A DNA stretch of 64,000 nucleotides from Cystobasidiomycetes sp. EMM_F5. Lineage: Eukaryota. The notes below the pieces were generated by a model. That model was not told the origin of the DNA, did not search any database, and saw nothing but the letters and a program-made list of their open reading frames with translations. Positions 27,827 to 43,951 of this stretch are shown here, piece after piece. Made by a program: the position numbers and the translations under genes. How positions within the stretch are numbered: position 1 is the stretch's first letter; each line of letters starts with the position of its first letter. The DNA is taken from positions 62,001-126,000 of the forward strand of contig JBPGPT010000015.1 of NCBI GenBank assembly GCA_051047955.1, written 5' to 3'.

Positions 27827-29839
27827 TCACCGATGTCCTGTTCGTATGGTATCGTGCAACTCACATGTCACAACGCCAAGACACCGTTGCAGTATTTTGT
27901 TCGCGGCCATGAGTCTGTTTCTGACGCGGGCTTCGGCGCTAGCATCGGTTTTGGAGCTCGGAGAGCGCATTTTGGCTACACGGGAGCGCAGGACAGACCT
28001 GAAGCTTCCGGTAGGATCGCCTGACCAGGGCTCGAGTGCATCCTCGTTCGTGCCGAGATCCTCCGCAAGAGTCATTGCATATGGCGAAAGCATGCTGCAA
28101 CGGATAATGTTGGTGCTCTTGTCGACGTATGCCATATAGTAGAGATGTGTCTGGTATTCTGTGGACATCGTCATTGAGTCAGTCAAGACAACACACATAG
28201 TCACGGAACGATTGTCTCACGACCAGGGTGTGGTTTCGCTAGACGCTGTATACGAGTGTGATGGATGTAATGGAGCAGGATGTGGTCGCTTTGAGGGTCA
28301 ACTAACAGATCTTCGAGGGGGAGTATTCGAGCCCGCTAACGTTTCGCGTTCTTTGAGCCGCACATCCGGCGCTGCAACGGACACGATGACCAAGCGCATG
28401 ATGTTCAGTATATTCCATGTGTCACAAACACGGCTCAAATTCGCTCACTTGCATATCTTCCTGGAGATCGGAGCCAACTACGTAGCCATCCTGTACCAAA
28501 ATCAAAGGCACCTGAACACCGGGATGTGACAGTATGAATTAGCGTTGTATAGGCAATGGGTAAGCTGTCCGCGTTACGAGATCGTGAGTAGATTGACTTG
28601 TGACTGCTGTTTCGGGAGAAACATCAACATCCGTCGAAGAGGCTACATTTGGACTGGACGCAGATGGGATTTGCTCGAGATTCGTTGTGTCAGCCGATTG
28701 CCGTTCCTCAGATTGCTCGAAAGTAAAGCCCTGCGTGTTCCGGACTATGTCGCTTTGATGAGCTTCGTAAATCGCCACCAAGTCGACTTAGAGCCGACTG
28801 ACGCGCTCATCTTACCAAAGCTGATATACCAATGCCGTGAGTGCTGCGTATTGCTATCGCCTCAGTTTCAGCCGCTTACTCACCCTGTTCCAGTCACCTC
28901 GATGGCAGCATCGGGCAACACGAAATCGGTCAGCGCCGGACAATAGGTGGATGTCTCCAAAAGGAACGTGTACATCAATGCTCGTGCGCACGCTACTGTA
29001 TCTTGCCTGCACCGCAAACACGTCAGAATACGGATGAGTGGAGAGATGAATAAACATCCCACAAACCGGTGGCACTAGTATCGTCGTCGCCTTCCTCGCC
29101 AAGGTCTGCGATCATCTGAGCGACGTTTAGGAGAGTATTAGATATATCTGCCAGTGTTTCGAGATGCTTTACGTAAACGATAAACAAGTGGAAGACAAAA
29201 GCGTCGAAGGGGTCAGTGGTCCTCTATCGCACTCGAGTGACGGACATGCAATATGCTCACAGGTCTGTCGACCTTGTTTACCCTTCGGTATGCTTCATCA
29301 GCTGCTTCTATGTTGGCTTTGATGTTGACGTAGTGAGCATGGATAGAGGCATGGCTGTCACTCAGCCTGAGGTACGTTTGCTCCATCAGTTCCTTGGCGA
29401 CTGCCTCGAGTTCCTGACTCGGAAACAGCTTGTCGAATACTGCTCGCAGGCGCTGTGCGGAATTCTGGTCGTCGACCCAGGCCATCCCCCCTTAGGATCT
29501 TGGAACTTGTAAGATTTTTTGACCTTCGCGAATTCCGATCCGAAGTAGGCCTCAGATTGTTTGACCATTTCTTTTTGCACGGGTTTCTTGTCGTCTATTT
29601 TCATAAAATGGTCCTTGTCCAGTACTGCAGACGTAGTCAGTGCTGTACATGCCGGTCAATCGAACCTGCTAACTGAAATACTCCGCGAGTTTGCGGGGGA
29701 CCTGATGGCCTCGGTACCCCGAGCCGTACACAAAGAATGCTTTGAATTTTTGTAGGGTATCTGCGTCATAAATGCCTTCAAAGAACTGAAGACATTCTTG
29801 GACCGATACCCGTAAATCGTCGACCGCTCCTGGGGGCAT
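27827..29839 (-). CDS. Hypothetical spliced protein with an apparent frameshift (possible pseudogene)
   Basis: Exons MPPGAVDDLRVSVQECLQFFEG..., LDKDHFMKIDDKK..., MAWVDDQNSAQRL...; GT-AG introns; frame change at a G6 run near 29486-29491; 3' end uncertain. Confidence 0.4.
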
Positions 29840-31560
29840 TCTAGGTAGTGTGGCGTTGGTAGGGTACCGAGCAAAGTAATTGGGCTATACTTCACTCGGC
29901 ACCCTCGAGAAGAGAGGAGAAGAGAGCTACGGGAGTTCAGGACGGGCGACTTGGTTTTGCAGCTGATAAGCGAGCAGTTAAAGCGAGGTAGGCTCGAGCG
30001 GGTGTGCAAGCGAACGGTTAGGTAGCGAAGTAGAGATTGTCTGACAATTCGACGCGGGATGCTCCGTGAGCACGCGGATAATTGGATAGCCCCAAAATGA
30101 TGATACACAGGCCTGCTGAGAACAAAGATTTGCGTTATCAAGCAAGTGGAATTAGTACATGATGGTCAGCGTAAGCATTGAAAGCACCAAGCAGCAATGC
30201 GCATTTTCGCGATAACGTGGCCGAAAACTTGTCCGACGCTGTTTGCCTCTGCTCCTGCCAATCCCGTATGACTCCGTCTGCAATTCTTTGGCTACGTCGT
30301 GTCTGTACGAAGCTGTCATGTCAGAGGAGGATGGATGCGTCTGGGTACGTTCTGGATGTCTCACTTCGGAAGCGGATGGGCTAACGGCGGACTGGTCAGT
30401 ACTTTGCGTATGCATCGTTCATGAATGCTGAAGTCTTTAGCCAAGTCATTGGAGAACTCTCTGCGCCCCTAGAGCGACAGTCGGCTTACGCTGAAGGCGC
30501 CTGGCTCGGTACGGCGTCATTTGTCAGTCGAGATACTTTGAGACATGTTCTGAATTCCAATAACACACAGCATTTGATTACTGCGGTATTCCGTATGTCG
30601 AACCAGCCTACGCTTCGTAAGTCGTCTTCTCTCGCGAGAGATTGGGTCGCTGACAGAAACGCAGCCTCATTATTTCTGGATACAATGACGGGTTGTTCAA
30701 ACACCAAGGGCGCGAAAAATCGAATACGGCCGAGTACATGCACTATATCCATGACAGATGTTATCCTGGAATACCCTACGATCAGCATGACGGACGACTG
30801 CCGCCATTTGTTGAGGTGCGATGATAGCAGTCCGCTCTTAAGCCATAACAGCGAAGCTGATGCGAAACATTACTCAGGGAATTCTGTACAAGCTGACTCA
30901 TGAACAGTTTGCGTGTGTTACGGCCCCTACCGGTTTTGACATCGCTCCCATTCGATGCTGTCGGTTTTCGAGTGGAGACAAGTCCAAGCGCCTGGGTGAT
31001 TTTGTGGCTGCTTATACGCTCGTGGCCAAAAACAGCTATAGATCGTCCCACCTGATGCCTAGCGTGAGGTTGGTCGTTATTCTTTGACTTAGAGACTTTC
31101 GAGTCAAAGGCTTATGAGGCACTCCGGGTTACAGAACCTTCTTCCCCATCTATCGCGGAGCGCTCACCATTCCGCTGTCCGTTGACTATTGTCGCTATCT
31201 GGTGCATTTGCGGCCATATAATCCCGCACACGGTAGCAAGTCAGCTCAATGGGGCCAACGCATCTTTATCGCTACAGTTCTCGTTCCGCAATTTCTCGCG
31301 CTGTACCTTCCCATCGCTCTTCTACAAAGCGCTATGCTCGGGAACTTTGCACACAGCCGTATTGAGCGCTGGAAGCTCAATGTCGTTGACTTCATTCGTT
31401 GGTCTGCTTCGAGCATAGAGAAATCACTCTTTCGACCTATCTTTGGCAATAATGCTTATGGTATCGATGAATCTTAGGCAAGTTTTCCACAGTGATGATA
31501 ACTTTAGTTATATCAGCTACATATGAAGTCAGTTTATGCTACAGTAGAGTGATGTTGTTG

Positions 31561-33022
31561 TCAGAGCATGTCCCACTCATCCTCCCCGACCACTACGATC
31601 TGTTCTGGCTTTTCGGTTTTCTTTGCACTAGTCAACACGACATACGTGCCTTCTTGCTTACTCGTGGGCTGGCCAGCCGCGTCGGAAGTCGAATCATGTG
31701 TGTTGCGTCTTAAACGTTTCGAAAACGTCGCAAAGTCCATGCCCGGCCACGACAGATCACGAAGCGAATCGACTGACCCTGTCCAAACGTGACTCATGGA
31801 GCCCACTGTCGGACTGTCGCACACTTTGGCAAGCGTAGCGAGGATATCGTCCGACACATCGTCTTTCCCGCCGTTATCTTCCGGGAAAGGGTTGAGTGGA
31901 GGAGGAGGAGTAGACAGATAGGCGAGGTACGCTGCATCGTAAGCGAGCATAGCCAGACCTATCAACAGTGCTTCCTTGTGTGAAGCTGCAGTGACAGAAC
32001 TGGATGAACCTGGTTTTGAGGTCCCCTTGACTATTTCTTCTCGATGCGCGCCGCCCGTTGTTGAGCTCTGGCTACTTGTCGAACCTGAAGACATGTACAG
32101 TGGACAGACGCCAGAATGCCTGCGTGAGAACCGTGTCAGCCCAGCATGACTACTGCGGAATTATAGCACACGAACTCAGGCAGACATGCTAAGCCTTGCG
32201 CAGGCGATATTAGCGGCCTGACGTTGTCACCCTTGATGACGAAAGGGAGCTTCACACCAAGATAAAAAGTCACAAGACGGAGTAGCTGTACTAGCAGGAG
32301 CACTATAGCATTAAGCTGCTGCTTGGGCAGATCTTGCGACACAGCAATCAGCGGGACCGTACTGCACACTGTTGTAGGCTGTCGGCTCACTCTCGAGTAG
32401 TCCAAGCCTCGGGACTGGCATCCAGCCTATCGAGTACGACACGTCTGGACGACCATTACACGGCACCACTTGTAGAACTTCTTTCAGCTCGCTCAGCAGG
32501 ATCCGCCTGGTTTCTGCCAATTCGGCCTTCGACGAGACGAGTGCGGCTTTTACGCTGTGCTCAGCTTGCGAAAGGTCGGACAGTGGAAGTGAGGCCGTCT
32601 CGTCTACAGATGAAGGAAGTCCATTGGACGATGGTAGAAGTGTTTGAGCCATCACCAGCCGTTCTCGTCGAGCTGTCAGGAGAGCTTTCCTTCGGTCAAG
32701 AACATCGCGTTCTGTCATTTTACAACTTTCAGTAACAGCACGGCCCCAGGCATTCTCCTCTCTTACTGTGTATGGCACTCGTCTTTAATCTAGCCAGTTC
32801 TGTGCGTATCCGAGTGCTGTTTCGGTGACGTTCGCCCAGCTCTGCCTGCACCCTCAGGTAGTCTCTCTGCACGGCTATAGCTGCCTTTGCCTTCTGCTGA
32901 GCTGCTGGAAGCGTAGTCTGCTCGTGCTGCTGCACTTGCTGTTGATACAGGCGTACGAGCCGCTTGAGACAGGCTGGGCAAATGTACGATGACGCGGCGA
33001 CGCTGCACGCTGGACAGGACAT
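31561..33022 (-). CDS. Atg14/UVRAG(Vps38)-like PI3K complex subunit
   Basis: N-terminal CxxC...CxxC (MSCPAC...ICPAC), coiled coil, LVTFYLGVKLPF, LAMLAYDAAYLA. Confidence 0.75.
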
Positions 33023-33169
33023 GATGAGTGTGATGTAGGATGGAACATTACATGGTTTCTGCAGAGGCGTATTGGCTGGAGAAGAAGCGTAAAGCGCATG
33101 TCCGGTCGATTGGGTGACGGGTCTAGAATGCAAACAGCAGTCCGCCTTTTATTTGCATACCACACTATC

Positions 33170-33943
33170 ATGAGCCTATTACAATCTGCATTATTGCGGT
33201 CAACGTCTCTGCTTCAAGCGCCATGCCAGCTGTGTGCCAGGGTTTGTTGTATTCAGGATTGCATGATGCGGGAGAGAATTGCTTGACTGACGGCAGCATT
33301 TACGACAGCGGTACATATCCAAACTACGAACGAAGCGGCATCCAACGCTCGAAATAGAGCTATTGAAGAGAGTGCCCCTGCTGGGACGGGCTGGCGACCG
33401 CGTTCAGGTCGCACCAGGAATGATGCGAAATCACCTTTTTCCAAAACGAATGGCGCTCTACGTCTTACGAGGGCGTACAATGGGTCATGATGGTGTGTTG
33501 AGGGAGCTGCCAATAGTGCCAGAAGCTGTCGTATTAGAGCAGCAAAAGCAAGTGGAACGCATCGATACACTCAGAGAGACGATGGACAGGCTGGTGAAGA
33601 TTGGAGCAGTGCGGATTGAAAAGCGGACAACGACCAGACCGAGAGGAAAGGACAAGGTCGTCGATAAGAACCTATTATACTCGTCGGTATCGCCTGGCGA
33701 AATCGAAGCAGCTCTGCAGGTCAAGGGGGTGCAACTTCCGCCGAATACACCGGGTCTGCTGCAGAGCAAAGGCAAGGGGAGGGATTTGGAACAGGGAAGG
33801 ATCAAGTACCTCGGAGAGTACCTTTGTAAGCTTCAGCGTCTTCATATCGGCAAGCTCTTGGTCTGACATGGTTATTTGCAGACACGGTAACGTTGTCGGA
33901 CCAACAGATTCCCATCATCGTGCACGTTGCAAAGAAGCAGTAG
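33170..33943 (+). CDS. Mitochondrial ribosomal protein bL9m
   Basis: L9 N-terminal motif LLKRVPLLGRAGDRVQVAPGMMRNHLFPKRMA; C-terminal LYSSVS...IKYLGEY. Confidence 0.85.
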
Positions 33944-34052
33944 TTGTGTGTTTCTATTTTGTACTACATGTCTCGAATCGTTTGTGTCAGAAAGCTGCTT
34001 ATGTTGCCACTTGACCGACAGTGGAGACAGCTGACTCCGAAGTGACGGACAT

Positions 34053-35837
<1,785 letters not shown>

Positions 35838-36612
35838 ATTGATGATTTGATGGGTTCAATTGGTTTGGCTGCATCCACGACAGTAGCAGTCACACCGCAG
35901 CGGAGAAGGCGTAGAATGAATGATCGGTTGACGAAGCACGGACCAAACAGCGGGCGAATGTGCAGAGTAGCAAGATGTCAGCCTTGTGTACACTCCGTGT
36001 GCTCGTTTCCACTTGCTGTTTTCGTTATCACTCGACTCTGCCTCAACGAAAGTACGGCAACCAGTGTTCCTGGTCGGAAGAGTCGGGTCGAAGAGGTGCC
36101 AGCGCGAAATTACCATGTTTGGCTACAATGATGATATTCTCGAAAATCGACAAATGCCGCTGATATAACTAGGGTTGCGTGAGTCGTACTAGGCTGTAAA
36201 CACTTATATCACCTTGGTCAGAGGATTGGACACGCTTCAATGCTTCAAATGGCCTGTCAGCCTCCGAGTCCGGCGGCCTTTCCAAGTTTTTCCTGTATCA
36301 GCTGCAGCCCCGCAATCCTGATAGTGGAAGCCATCGAAGGCTTGCACAGGAATTGACCAAGACAGTCTTCGCACACCTTTAACATCTTTAACAACTCACT
36401 ACATCATCTATCTCTCGCCATGCCCATTATCGGTCCCATATAAATCATTCTTCAAGATCCCTCGTATGTCTCTGATGTCTAGGTGCTTTGCAAAATGCTT
36501 GTTGAAGTACGTGAAGTAAGCATTCACTCTTCTGATTCACAACTCCACTAGAAAACGATACAACCCATCTCCACAACAACGCTCGAATGCCGCGCTAAAC
36601 TTTGTTTATCGC

Positions 36613-39600
36613 TCAATAGTACTGAGAAAGAGCCTCCTCAATCTGACCATTGATGAACGCCTTGCGACTCGCCAGATCAACATCGTACATCTGGAGATAG
36701 AGTCATTAGCGAAGAGACTGCTAATCTGCAAGGCACGAGACGAACCTTCTCCAGCTCTTCGCGAACACCCTTCTTGGTGAGGGTTTGCAGATTAGCCTGG
36801 GCAAGTATAGCTTTGACGTCTGCTTCGAGCTGCTCGTCCGTTGGCTGACCGTCCGGTCGAAGAAGAGGCTGCATCATTCCAAAACTTTGCCTACTCTGGT
36901 GTTGTGACATAGAAAGGGACGGCCGAGATGAGAACGGATTGCCTCCCTGCATTTCGTATCCTTCTGGTTGCTGAGTGTAGTAACCGGACTGCTGAGCACC
37001 ATACGGTGACACGCCGACTACCGAGCCCGCGCCAGGTGTAGCATATCCTGGCATGGGCGGCAGGGAGTTCAGAGCCTGATGAAAGCTGCGAGCTCCAAGC
37101 TCGCTCATTGGTGTTCTTGGACGAGACCCGTAGCCGCCCTCGCCAGGGAACCCAAGCATACTCTCATGACCATAAATGCTGCCTTCCCCTCGCTGTGCAC
37201 GAGCGTAGTCAGCCTCCTCCTTCTCTGCCAGCAATTGACCGATGGAAGCATTGCTGCCTTTCTCCCATAGCTCATTCTCGTAATCCTGCCACGATTTTAA
37301 CGGAATCTCTCTCTCGTCGAATTCACCTTCATCGTGTATAACGAGCTTTTTACCCTTCTCTCCAAGTACGACTCGGGTCTGGCCCCATGAGAAGTCATCC
37401 TGCCGCCAAAAGGAGTATAGAGGTAACGCGAATGAAAAGATGGGAATAGCCAGAATATAGATGATCATCCAGACGATCTGAAACATTGCACGAGTACATC
37501 AGTCAGCAACGTTATGCAGGTTTGGGTCCCGAAAACTTGCCATTTCGAACTTGCGGTGTAACAGGAAGACAACCGCCTGAAGTCCGTAGATGGCACCGAG
37601 CATGATAAGTGCAGTTGTTGGAACTTGCTGGCCGCCTGCAGTAACGAGATAGATGAGGTAGACAATGTAGGCCACGGTGACGGGCTGGATAAGTGTAGAG
37701 ACCAGGTCGATCAGGACCACTGCTCGCATGGAACAGCAGCAGAACCCGCAAAGCCGGTCCACCCGTCCAATCAGTTCCGTCAGGTTGTGTATAGTACTGT
37801 TAATCCACCGACGACGCTGGGAGAGCAAGACCTTCCATTCTTCGGGCGCACTAGTTCACAACCGTCAGCATATCGTCCGATAAAACGAAAATACAATACT
37901 CACATCGTCTTGGCGTGAGCATCTCGAGTAAATGTTAATTTGTAGCTTGGAAACGAGCGAAGCAGCAGGGTCGTAAGGTATCGATCTTCACCGAGATGCA
38001 ATAAGTTTTTCATGTGCAGGGTCTGTGCGCAGAGTCAGCATGTACAAGTTATCCAAAGCACTCGCACTTACATCAACACGATTCTCGCCGAACGCTGTCA
38101 CGACTTCATTCGAGATGAACAGAGGCTTGTTCTCAACACTGCGCAAACGATAGAGTGAGAAACAGCCGGGCAGACATGTTACACTACCGAATAGCGACTC
38201 GAAGGATTTGGCGAGGTGATGCGAGATGAAGTACTCATACACCTGAATCATGGAAATTATAGACTTCTTGGCGTTGGCAAGCTCCGTCTCACCGCATGTT
38301 GCCAATACCTTTCTGTCATGCGTCATAGCCGAGATGAAGCGATTCAATGCGAGAGGCTCGACAACTGTGTCGGCATCGATGGCAAGCAGGAATTCGTAGA
38401 AGGTCGGGTTAACGCCAATTACATTCTTGATCTGATGGTACAGTTCGAGTTCGACTGGTGCCATTGGAGCATTGAAGTGGACTCGGTTGAAGAATCGCAT
38501 GAGCAGCATCTGAGAATCTCGCTTTCCACGATTGCCTGGTCGTGACCGCTCGCTTGGCTTGCCAACCTTGGCTAATACGACCCATGGTATTATGCGACCA
38601 GCATGCTCGTATAGACCGGAATACACCTTGCCCATATTGTGCTGCTTATTGCCCTCTCCGAGTGACTGGAAGCTGAGAGGTTCCGGATCGAGGGCAGGGT
38701 CGGCACCTAGTATGTCCAGTACAATGCGTGGCGTCGGTTTGTCATTGCCTGACCCGATGATCATGCCATCACAGATAATGAAGAGCAGCTTGCGCTTATC
38801 GTCGTACTTGAGTGCAGCGAGTGATTCTATGCAATCGCGCAGAGAGTCTTCCCCCTCTGTATAGCAAGGCACCTGTAAGACGACAAAGCGATCATGCTCT
38901 TCTGGCTGACGAGCTCTACTGAACTGCAACGCAGCAATGAATTTGAAGCCAATGATAGAAACCATGACGATGGAGAACGCAAGCAGGATGTAGTTTGAAA
39001 ATTGACACTGTACCGAGTTCCGTGTATCGACCTTTCCGATGAAGAACAGATTACGCAAGCAGACTTTCTGGGCTGCAAGCACATCCTTGCCAATATTGAG
39101 ATTATCAAGCTTGTTCGTAATGTCCTGTCCGGCGAATTGCTGGAACAGAGACACCACTTGATCATGCATAAACTGCCTGTCCGTATCTGTCGGTGCCTGG
39201 AAGCCATCTGGAGCATGGACGCCACCGCCATTGTTTGTGATGTAGCCCGTCATGTCGTATACATAGCCTTTGTACATAACGGTGTTTTTAGTGAGGACGG
39301 TAGATGCACGCTTCGAGACTTGCGAATCGGTGTATCCCATGAAGCCTCTGCGGTAATTGTACCGCATGTAGACCATCTGCTCCCAGTACCAGTCCGACCT
39401 TGAATCATTGGTAAAGGCCCGGAAGTCGTGGTAGACGGCGTTCTCGTCTGTTGTGTTGGACGTATCCAGCGTGATCCAAGGACTGACAGACCCGCTTTTG
39501 CCGTTGCAGAGGGCGCTGACTTGGATCGGGAAGATATTGGAGGCATCCAACCCACCATACCGGAGAACACTGCGTGTAGGTACGACGCTTGGATAATGCA

Positions 39601-42600
39601 CGTTCGCAAACTTGGACAGGTCGAATACCTCGCCTCGAATAGCCACCAATTCGCTGCCCTGATTGTTGGAGTAGCTGTGATCCGCCAGTTCGGCAGTCGA
39701 GAAGACATGCTGTCTTGGACAAATCAAGAGTCCCATTATGGCGATAATGAAGACGGCAGAGGCGCACATTAGCATGATGAGCATGAAGATGGCGACCTTC
39801 TCCCGCCATGCCATGCGGACATCCGGTCGCTTCATTCGGCCAATCCAGGTGAGCATGAAGCTTGGTATCCACCATGTCAGACACCACACGAGGAACTTCC
39901 ATTGTTTTCGAGAAGAAGTTTCCTTATACACCTCGACCGTTTCCTTCTTTTCTGTGGCATCAACTTGAGGCAGGCTCTTTTCGGTTTCACCCATCTCATT
40001 GAACATGCCAGGTGAATGAATCATGGAGCCACCATTTCTGGCGCCATCGATTCCAGGCTGATACTTGTCTAGATCATCATCAGTCAAGAATGATTTACTG
40101 TCCTCTTCGTCACCAAATGGATTTGGTGCCACCAGTGGGAGCATGGCGGTTGATGCACTGGCAGCGTAAGCTGGATGATTGTACGGACGCGGTGCAGGAC
40201 CGAATGGCGACACCTGTGACAATGTAGGCGATGTAGGGCCAAGAGGAGCAGATGGTCGCGAGAATGGAGAATACGGATCGGCTTCCGGAGCCAGCGTTCG
40301 GGAGTGGAACTCTCGCTTGCGCTTCTGCTCATCCTGGTCTGCCGCGCGAAGATAATCTTCCATTTGCCGGAACGTAGCATCACTCAAGAATAACTGATCG
40401 CGCGTGTTAAATCAGGTATCGCTAGGCGCAGCAGATTGTAACCCACCTTCGATTTGCCAATGATGAACTCCTGGTCGTTCCATTCCATCTCCTCCTTGAC
40501 TGCCAGCATTTTGTCAGTCCACATCAATTGCGCAGCGCGCTTAACAAGATCATCCTGCCATCTGTCAACGACACAGTATCTATCCCAGAAATCCTTGAAG
40601 TCGAACTCTTGCACCCAAGTCGGTGCCACAAGGCAGCGATCTCTGACAGTGTGTAGCTGGAACGCCTTGACCTGGCTCTTGAGAAGTCGAGGGTCAATAC
40701 CAGATTGTTCGATAGATATTGTCGGACACAGGCAGTACACGACAAAAACTCGACAAGATTCGCTGATCGTCTCAAAGAGCTCGTTGAGCGCTCGATTGAA
40801 ATTGCCCAACACGCATCGCTGGGAGAGTATCTCTGCTCGGCGTACAGCTACGGTCTTCTTGCGCGACAGACCGCCTGCGGTAGCTCCGCCTTCCGGAGAC
40901 TTTGCACCTTCTTCATCGTCCTTGTTGGCACCCGAGTCGCGCACGGAACCCTTGCGCCGCATCGAAGGTTTACGTGCCATCCGCGAGCCGGGAACAGATA
41001 AGCCCCCGGCTTGATCCTGCTTGGATGACTGTGAAGCCGACATAGTAGCCTTCTCATTTGCGACAATAGCCAATACCTCGTTTGCAAACAGCTCTCGTAT
41101 GAATGGATTGGCCGATCCGCCGATAATACTCGTCTCTGCTGCAGCGGAACCAGCGACATCTGCCGCCTTTTTCCGCCGAGCGGTCGCTGTAGACTTCATT
41201 TGCGGTACAGCCTTTCCGCCCAGCAGCTCGACGATATCGCTAGGCACAAGATTTAAGTTCTTTTCGAGGAAGTCTTCAGTAGAATACGTGATGAGCTCGG
41301 CATCGGACCAGTGCTCGATTGTGAAAGTCCCGGCACGTGAGGAGCCTGCATCCGATTCTTTGCGCCAGGCGAATTGTCGATTCTTGCCCCATCTTTTGCC
41401 CATCGCTTCTAGCATCGTCTTCTCATTTTTGCCTTTACGTACCGACTGATCATCCACAATGTGCGTAATACCACCTGGCTGATGAGTCATTATGCGGATA
41501 GTTTCAAGGACTGTCGATGGCGCAGCCAGCGCCTTCTGAAGACTAGCATTCTTCAAGCCGTCCGCGACTTGCGAATCGAAGGGGGCTTGCGGGAATAACG
41601 AGCTGGTCACGAAAGCTGATAGTCGTTCTGATGCCATATTCGAACACAGCGTAGATAGCGAATTGCCTTCATTTCGATGTCCGGGAGCGTTGTTTAGCGC
41701 AGGAAAGTCAACTAGTGCAATGAATCCTATTTAGCAATTACGCCGTTCAGCTTGACCCTGAAATGCTCCTGAGGAATGCGCCTCACCTGAGAAGTCCTCT
41801 CGGCACAGTTTCTGATTGATGAATTCTCCCAGCCATTCCCAGACTAGACGATAGAGAGCTTTTGCCATCTGCTCTTTGTACTCGTTCGCCTTGTCGACAT
41901 CAAGGACTACCGTACATTTCTCGCCATCAATGTAAGCCGTCTTGTTCGTGAGAGCCTCTGTCAGCTTTGCCAGGTTTGTATTTGCCGACGAAGGGTGGTC
42001 TAGTAAACCTAGAAGGGATGCGATATTGTGTAGAACATCCGGAGTTGCGATGGCGCACCCTTCTAGAGCATCTGCAGACTCTGAGGGATTGAACTGTAGT
42101 GCCGAGAAGTGAAGAATAGCAGCCAATGTTGAGCATAATGATGCCACTGAAAAGACACAGATTAGTACTGGATCGTGTGGAGGGTAATCGACTACGTACC
42201 AGCTTTTTTAGGGAATCCAAACGCCTTGAAGGCCTGCTTGAGCAGGCCGAATCTTTCTTTGTCAAGGACTTCGGCAGCTGTTGTTGGTGTGACTTCTGGT
42301 AATCGCAGATGGTTTCTCTCTTCCTTGCTTGCTCCAGCTACGAGCCATCTCACGACATTGAAGGATCGTTCTCGTGTCTGAACACCATTGACGCCATCGA
42401 TGCTGAAACCGACTCGGCCAGTATCGAGATCAAGACCGTACAGTAGAGTCTTGTACCCGGCAATACGAGCGCGATCGCTGAACTGCAACTCTGTATATCT
42501 CCCAAATCGTGGACTCGACAAGCCAAAAAGGGCGGCGTTATCGTTTGCGGATGATGTCCCTGCAGAATTGACCGGGCCGGATGGAGCTCCGACACACCCA

Positions 42601-43205
42601 AACGCATCTACGATAAACTCTGCCGCTTGAATCTGCTTTGCAATCTTTGTTGCTTTGCCGTTTGGGTCGGATGCGTTGCTCGACAGACTCAGGAGTGCAC
42701 GGGTCGTCAGACGTCGATGCTCCTGCTGTCCTGTGCTAGCTACGCCGCAGGCAGAGTGAAAGAGGATTGCCTGATCCTGTCCGGTTCTGCGGAGGTAGAA
42801 GAATGCTCTAGAGGCTGTTTGATAGACGTGAGGCTGCGCGGGCTCGCTGCCATTTACGCCGGCTGTGTTCTTAGAGTCGTAGTCATAGTAGTCTGCGAGG
42901 TGCGTGTGGAGTACATTCTTCGTCGTGGACGGCTGTTGCGAGTTGTCGTCGTCAAATATTGCTGCCTGGTCGGCATCACTCAGGGTGGGTGCTCGGAGTG
43001 AGACCAGGACAAACGGCGAGTAGGCGATATACTGCGGACCAGTAGGATGAGACAAAACACCAGCTAGTTGGGCTGCAACATTTTCCACAGTACCACCGAT
43101 ACCAGCAGCGCTGCCTCTGCGGACCTGCTGAGGTTGGCTCCGCTGAACTGGCTGTCGGGAAATTGGCGATGATGCTGCCGACGACGATGACGGCGACGAC
43201 GCCAT
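36613..43205 (-). CDS. Chitin synthase with myosin-motor-like domain, cytochrome b5-like domain and C-terminal DEK domain (class V/VII type)
   Basis: [29 protein letters not shown]-terminal myosin-like [11 protein letters not shown]...[13 protein letters not shown]-like [15 protein letters not shown]. Confidence 0.95.
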
Positions 43206-43951
43206 GACTGTCGAAGTTGGTGGGTAGTGGTGTTCTAGGACTCCGCAGGATCCAATACACTACTTTCTGTTTGGGGGGTGCCCCTTTGATGTGTACGAAC
43301 CCCTCGAGATTTCGCAGGTCGCAGCAACGGAGACGTGCGATACCAGCAGGCCTACGAACTAAGCATGCAGTCAGAGTACGGGTCCAAATGGCAGGTGATG
43401 TGAATGTAAGGTCCACTCCAGCCCTGCTCAGCCTGTCAAACCCCCAAACATCCGCTCGAGCCCTGTAAATTCTGGTGCAACAAAGCTTCAGGAACAGGAT
43501 GTTGCCAAACTGTTTGGTCTCTAACGGAGCACATCGGACGGAGACGTGAGGACTGCAATAACATGTATCATAAGTATTCTACGACAGAAAGCAGGGTCTC
43601 TTCGACCGCTTTGCGCTGCTTACCCAAAATGTCATGGTCACCTCTCTACGCGTCAACCTGCAACAATCACGTGTATTTTTCAATTTTTCAAGGCTGAAAT
43701 TTAAAGCTTTCAAGTTGTTGTTTACGCAGTGGATGACCTTCGCACAGAGCATCGATGAGCGTGCGCGCCTTGTGATTCAACGCTGATACAACGCTGATAC
43801 ATTGCTCGTTCACAAGTCTCTCAGAATAGACGACAGGTTCGGCAAACTGTCAAAGTTGCCGAGACGGCATCTCCGATGAAGTCGCGGAAAAGTTAATTAC
43901 GTTCGCAGATACCGAGATGCTCGTCCTTTCCTTCCCAACATCCCAATCTCA

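Noticed and set aside
30421..31477. Possible plus-strand spliced orphan gene
   Set aside because: Protein-like fragments, but I could not build a consistent exon chain or recognise a family
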